From positions 47,058,001-47,122,000 of the forward strand of contig OZ024745.1 of assembly GCA_964016885.1 (NCBI GenBank): a stretch of DNA of 64,000 nt, given 5' to 3'. The notes under the pieces were generated by a model. That model saw nothing but the letters and a program-made list of their open reading frames with translations, was not told where the DNA came from and did no database searches. Of the stretch, positions 62,201-64,000 are shown one piece after another. This stretch comes from Eledone cirrhosa (Eukaryota). Position numbers and translations under genes: made by a program. How positions within the stretch are numbered: position 1 is the first letter of the stretch; each line of letters opens with the position of its first letter.

Positions 62201-64000
62201 CTTATCATGACACCAGCACTACCACCTTACAGTGTGAACTAGGAGCATTTTATCATGACACCAGCACTACCACCTTACAGTGTGTACTGGGAGCATTTTA
62301 TCATGACACCAGCACTACCACCTTACAGTGTGAACTGGGAACATTTTATCATGACACCAGCACTAACACCTTACAGTGTGAACTAGGAGCATTTTATCAT
62401 GACACCAGCACTACCACCTTACAGTGTGAACTGGGAACATTTTATCATGACACCAGCACTACCACCTTACAGTGTGAACTAGGAGCATTTTATCATGACA
62501 CCAGCACTACCACCTTACAGTGTGAACTGGGAACATTTTATCATGACACCAGCACTACCACCTTACAGTGTGAACTGGGAACATTTTATCATGACACCAG
62601 CACTAACTCCTTACAGTGTTAACTAGAAGCATTTTATCATGACACCAGCACTACCACCTTACAGTGTTAACTAGAAGCATGTTATCATGACACCAGCACT
62701 ACCACCTTACAGTGTGAACTGGGAACATTTTATCATGACACCAGCACTAACTCCTTACAGTGTTAACTAGAAGCATTTTATCATGACACCAGCACTACCA
62801 CCTTACAGTGTTAACTAGAAGCATGTTATCATGACACCAGCACTACCACCTTACAGTGTGAACTGGGAACATTTTATCATGACACCAGCACTACCACCTT
62901 ACAGTGTGTACTGGGAACATTTTATCATGACACCAGCACTACCACCTTACAGTGTGTACTGGGAACATTTTATCATGACACCAGCACTAACTCCTTACAG
63001 TGTGTACTGGGAACATTTTATCATGACACCAGCACTACCACCTTGCAGTGTGAACTGGGAGCATTTTATCATGACACCAGCACTACCACCTTACAGTGTG
63101 AACTGGGAGCATTTTATCATGACACCAGCACTACCACCTTACAGTGTGTACTGGGAACATTTTATCATGACACCAGCACTACCACCTTACAGTGTGAACT
63201 AGGAGCATGTTATCATGACACCAGCACTACCACCTTACAGTGTGAACTAGGAGCATGTTATCATGACACCAGCACTACCACCTTACAGTGTGTACTGGGA
63301 GCATTTTATCATGACACCAGCACTACCACCTTACAGTGTGAACTAGAAGCATGTTATCACGACACCAGCACTACCACCTTACAGTGTGAACTAGGAGCAT
63401 GTTATCATGACACCAGCACTACCACCTTACAGTGTGAACTGGGAACATTTTATCATGACACCAGCACTACCACCTTACAGTGTGAACTAGGAGCATGTTA
63501 TCATGACACCAGCACTACCACCTTACAGTGTGAACTGGGAATATTTTATCATGACACCAGCACTACCACCTTACAGTGTGTACTGGGAGCATGTTATCAT
63601 GACACCAGCACTACCACCTTACAGTGTGAACTAGAAGCATTTTATCATGACACCAGCACTACCACCTTACAGTGTGTACTGGGAACATTTTATCATGACA
63701 CCAGCACTACCACCTTACAGTGTGTACTGGGAACATTTTATCATGACACCAGCACTACCACCTTACAGTGTGAACTAGGAGCATTTTATCATGACACCAG
63801 CACTACCACCTTACAGTGTGTACTGGGAGCATTTTATCATGACACCAGCACTACCACCTTACAGTGTGAACTGGGAACATTTTATCATGACACCAGCACT
63901 ACCACCTTACAGTGTGTACTGGGAACATTTTATCATGACACCAGCACTACCACCTTACAGTGTGTACTGGGAACATTTTATCATGACACCAGCACTACCA
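11209..64000. repeat. 48-bp satellite/minisatellite array, ~1,100 copies, continuing past the window end
   Basis: Consensus CATGACACCAGCACTACCACCTTACAGTGTG(A/T)ACT(A/G)GGA(G/A)CAT(T/G)TTAT. I found only four phase shifts (~11275, ~54305, ~58446, ~60935). Confidence 0.99.

Noticed and set aside
11710-63202. MTPALPPYSV... short ORFs
   Set aside because: By-products of the TAG/TGG polymorphism in the monomer.
11278-64000. Giant repetitive protein (HDTSTTTLQCELGAFY)n, including the 914-aa ORF 55702-58446
   Set aside because: This frame contains stops that have been amplified with the duplications (TGA 12162 and 12417, TAG 37221, TAA 54559) and frameshifts. The listed starts are TTG variants, and most common variants are non-synonymous. 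An open frame is expected for a 48-bp unit lacking a stop.
11209-64000. CRISPR array
   Set aside because: No unique spacers, no cas genes, eukaryotic context.
11209-64000. Array of metal-response elements or RAG-type recombination signals
   Set aside because: The consensus has no TGCRCNC on either strand. TACAGTG lacks the CAC of the RSS heptamer and has no nonamer.

Overview
Eukaryotic, AT- and microsatellite-rich DNA. The SINE/RTE repeat types resemble those of Octopus (inference). The first 11.2 kb hold the last two coding exons of a minus-strand Ctr/SLC31 copper-transporter gene, which the ORF track misses: 10253-10368 with the MxxxM motif and 3932-4089 with GxxxG and the stop. Around them lie a 5'-truncated Penelope-like element with an inverted pLTR, tRNA-derived SINEs, an RTE LINE 3' end, a probable solo LTR, a large interrupted inverted repeat, a mini hairpin and a minimal hammerhead ribozyme. 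From ~11209 to the window end runs a 48-bp tandem array of ~1,100 copies. It stays in phase for 43 kb and contains nested higher-order duplications (233-, 122-, 63-, 31- and 15-monomer periods). Its monomer is ~70% identical to a unit present twice in the neighbouring RTE 3'UTR. The array probably lies in an intron of the copper-transporter gene. The array ORFs are judged non-coding.
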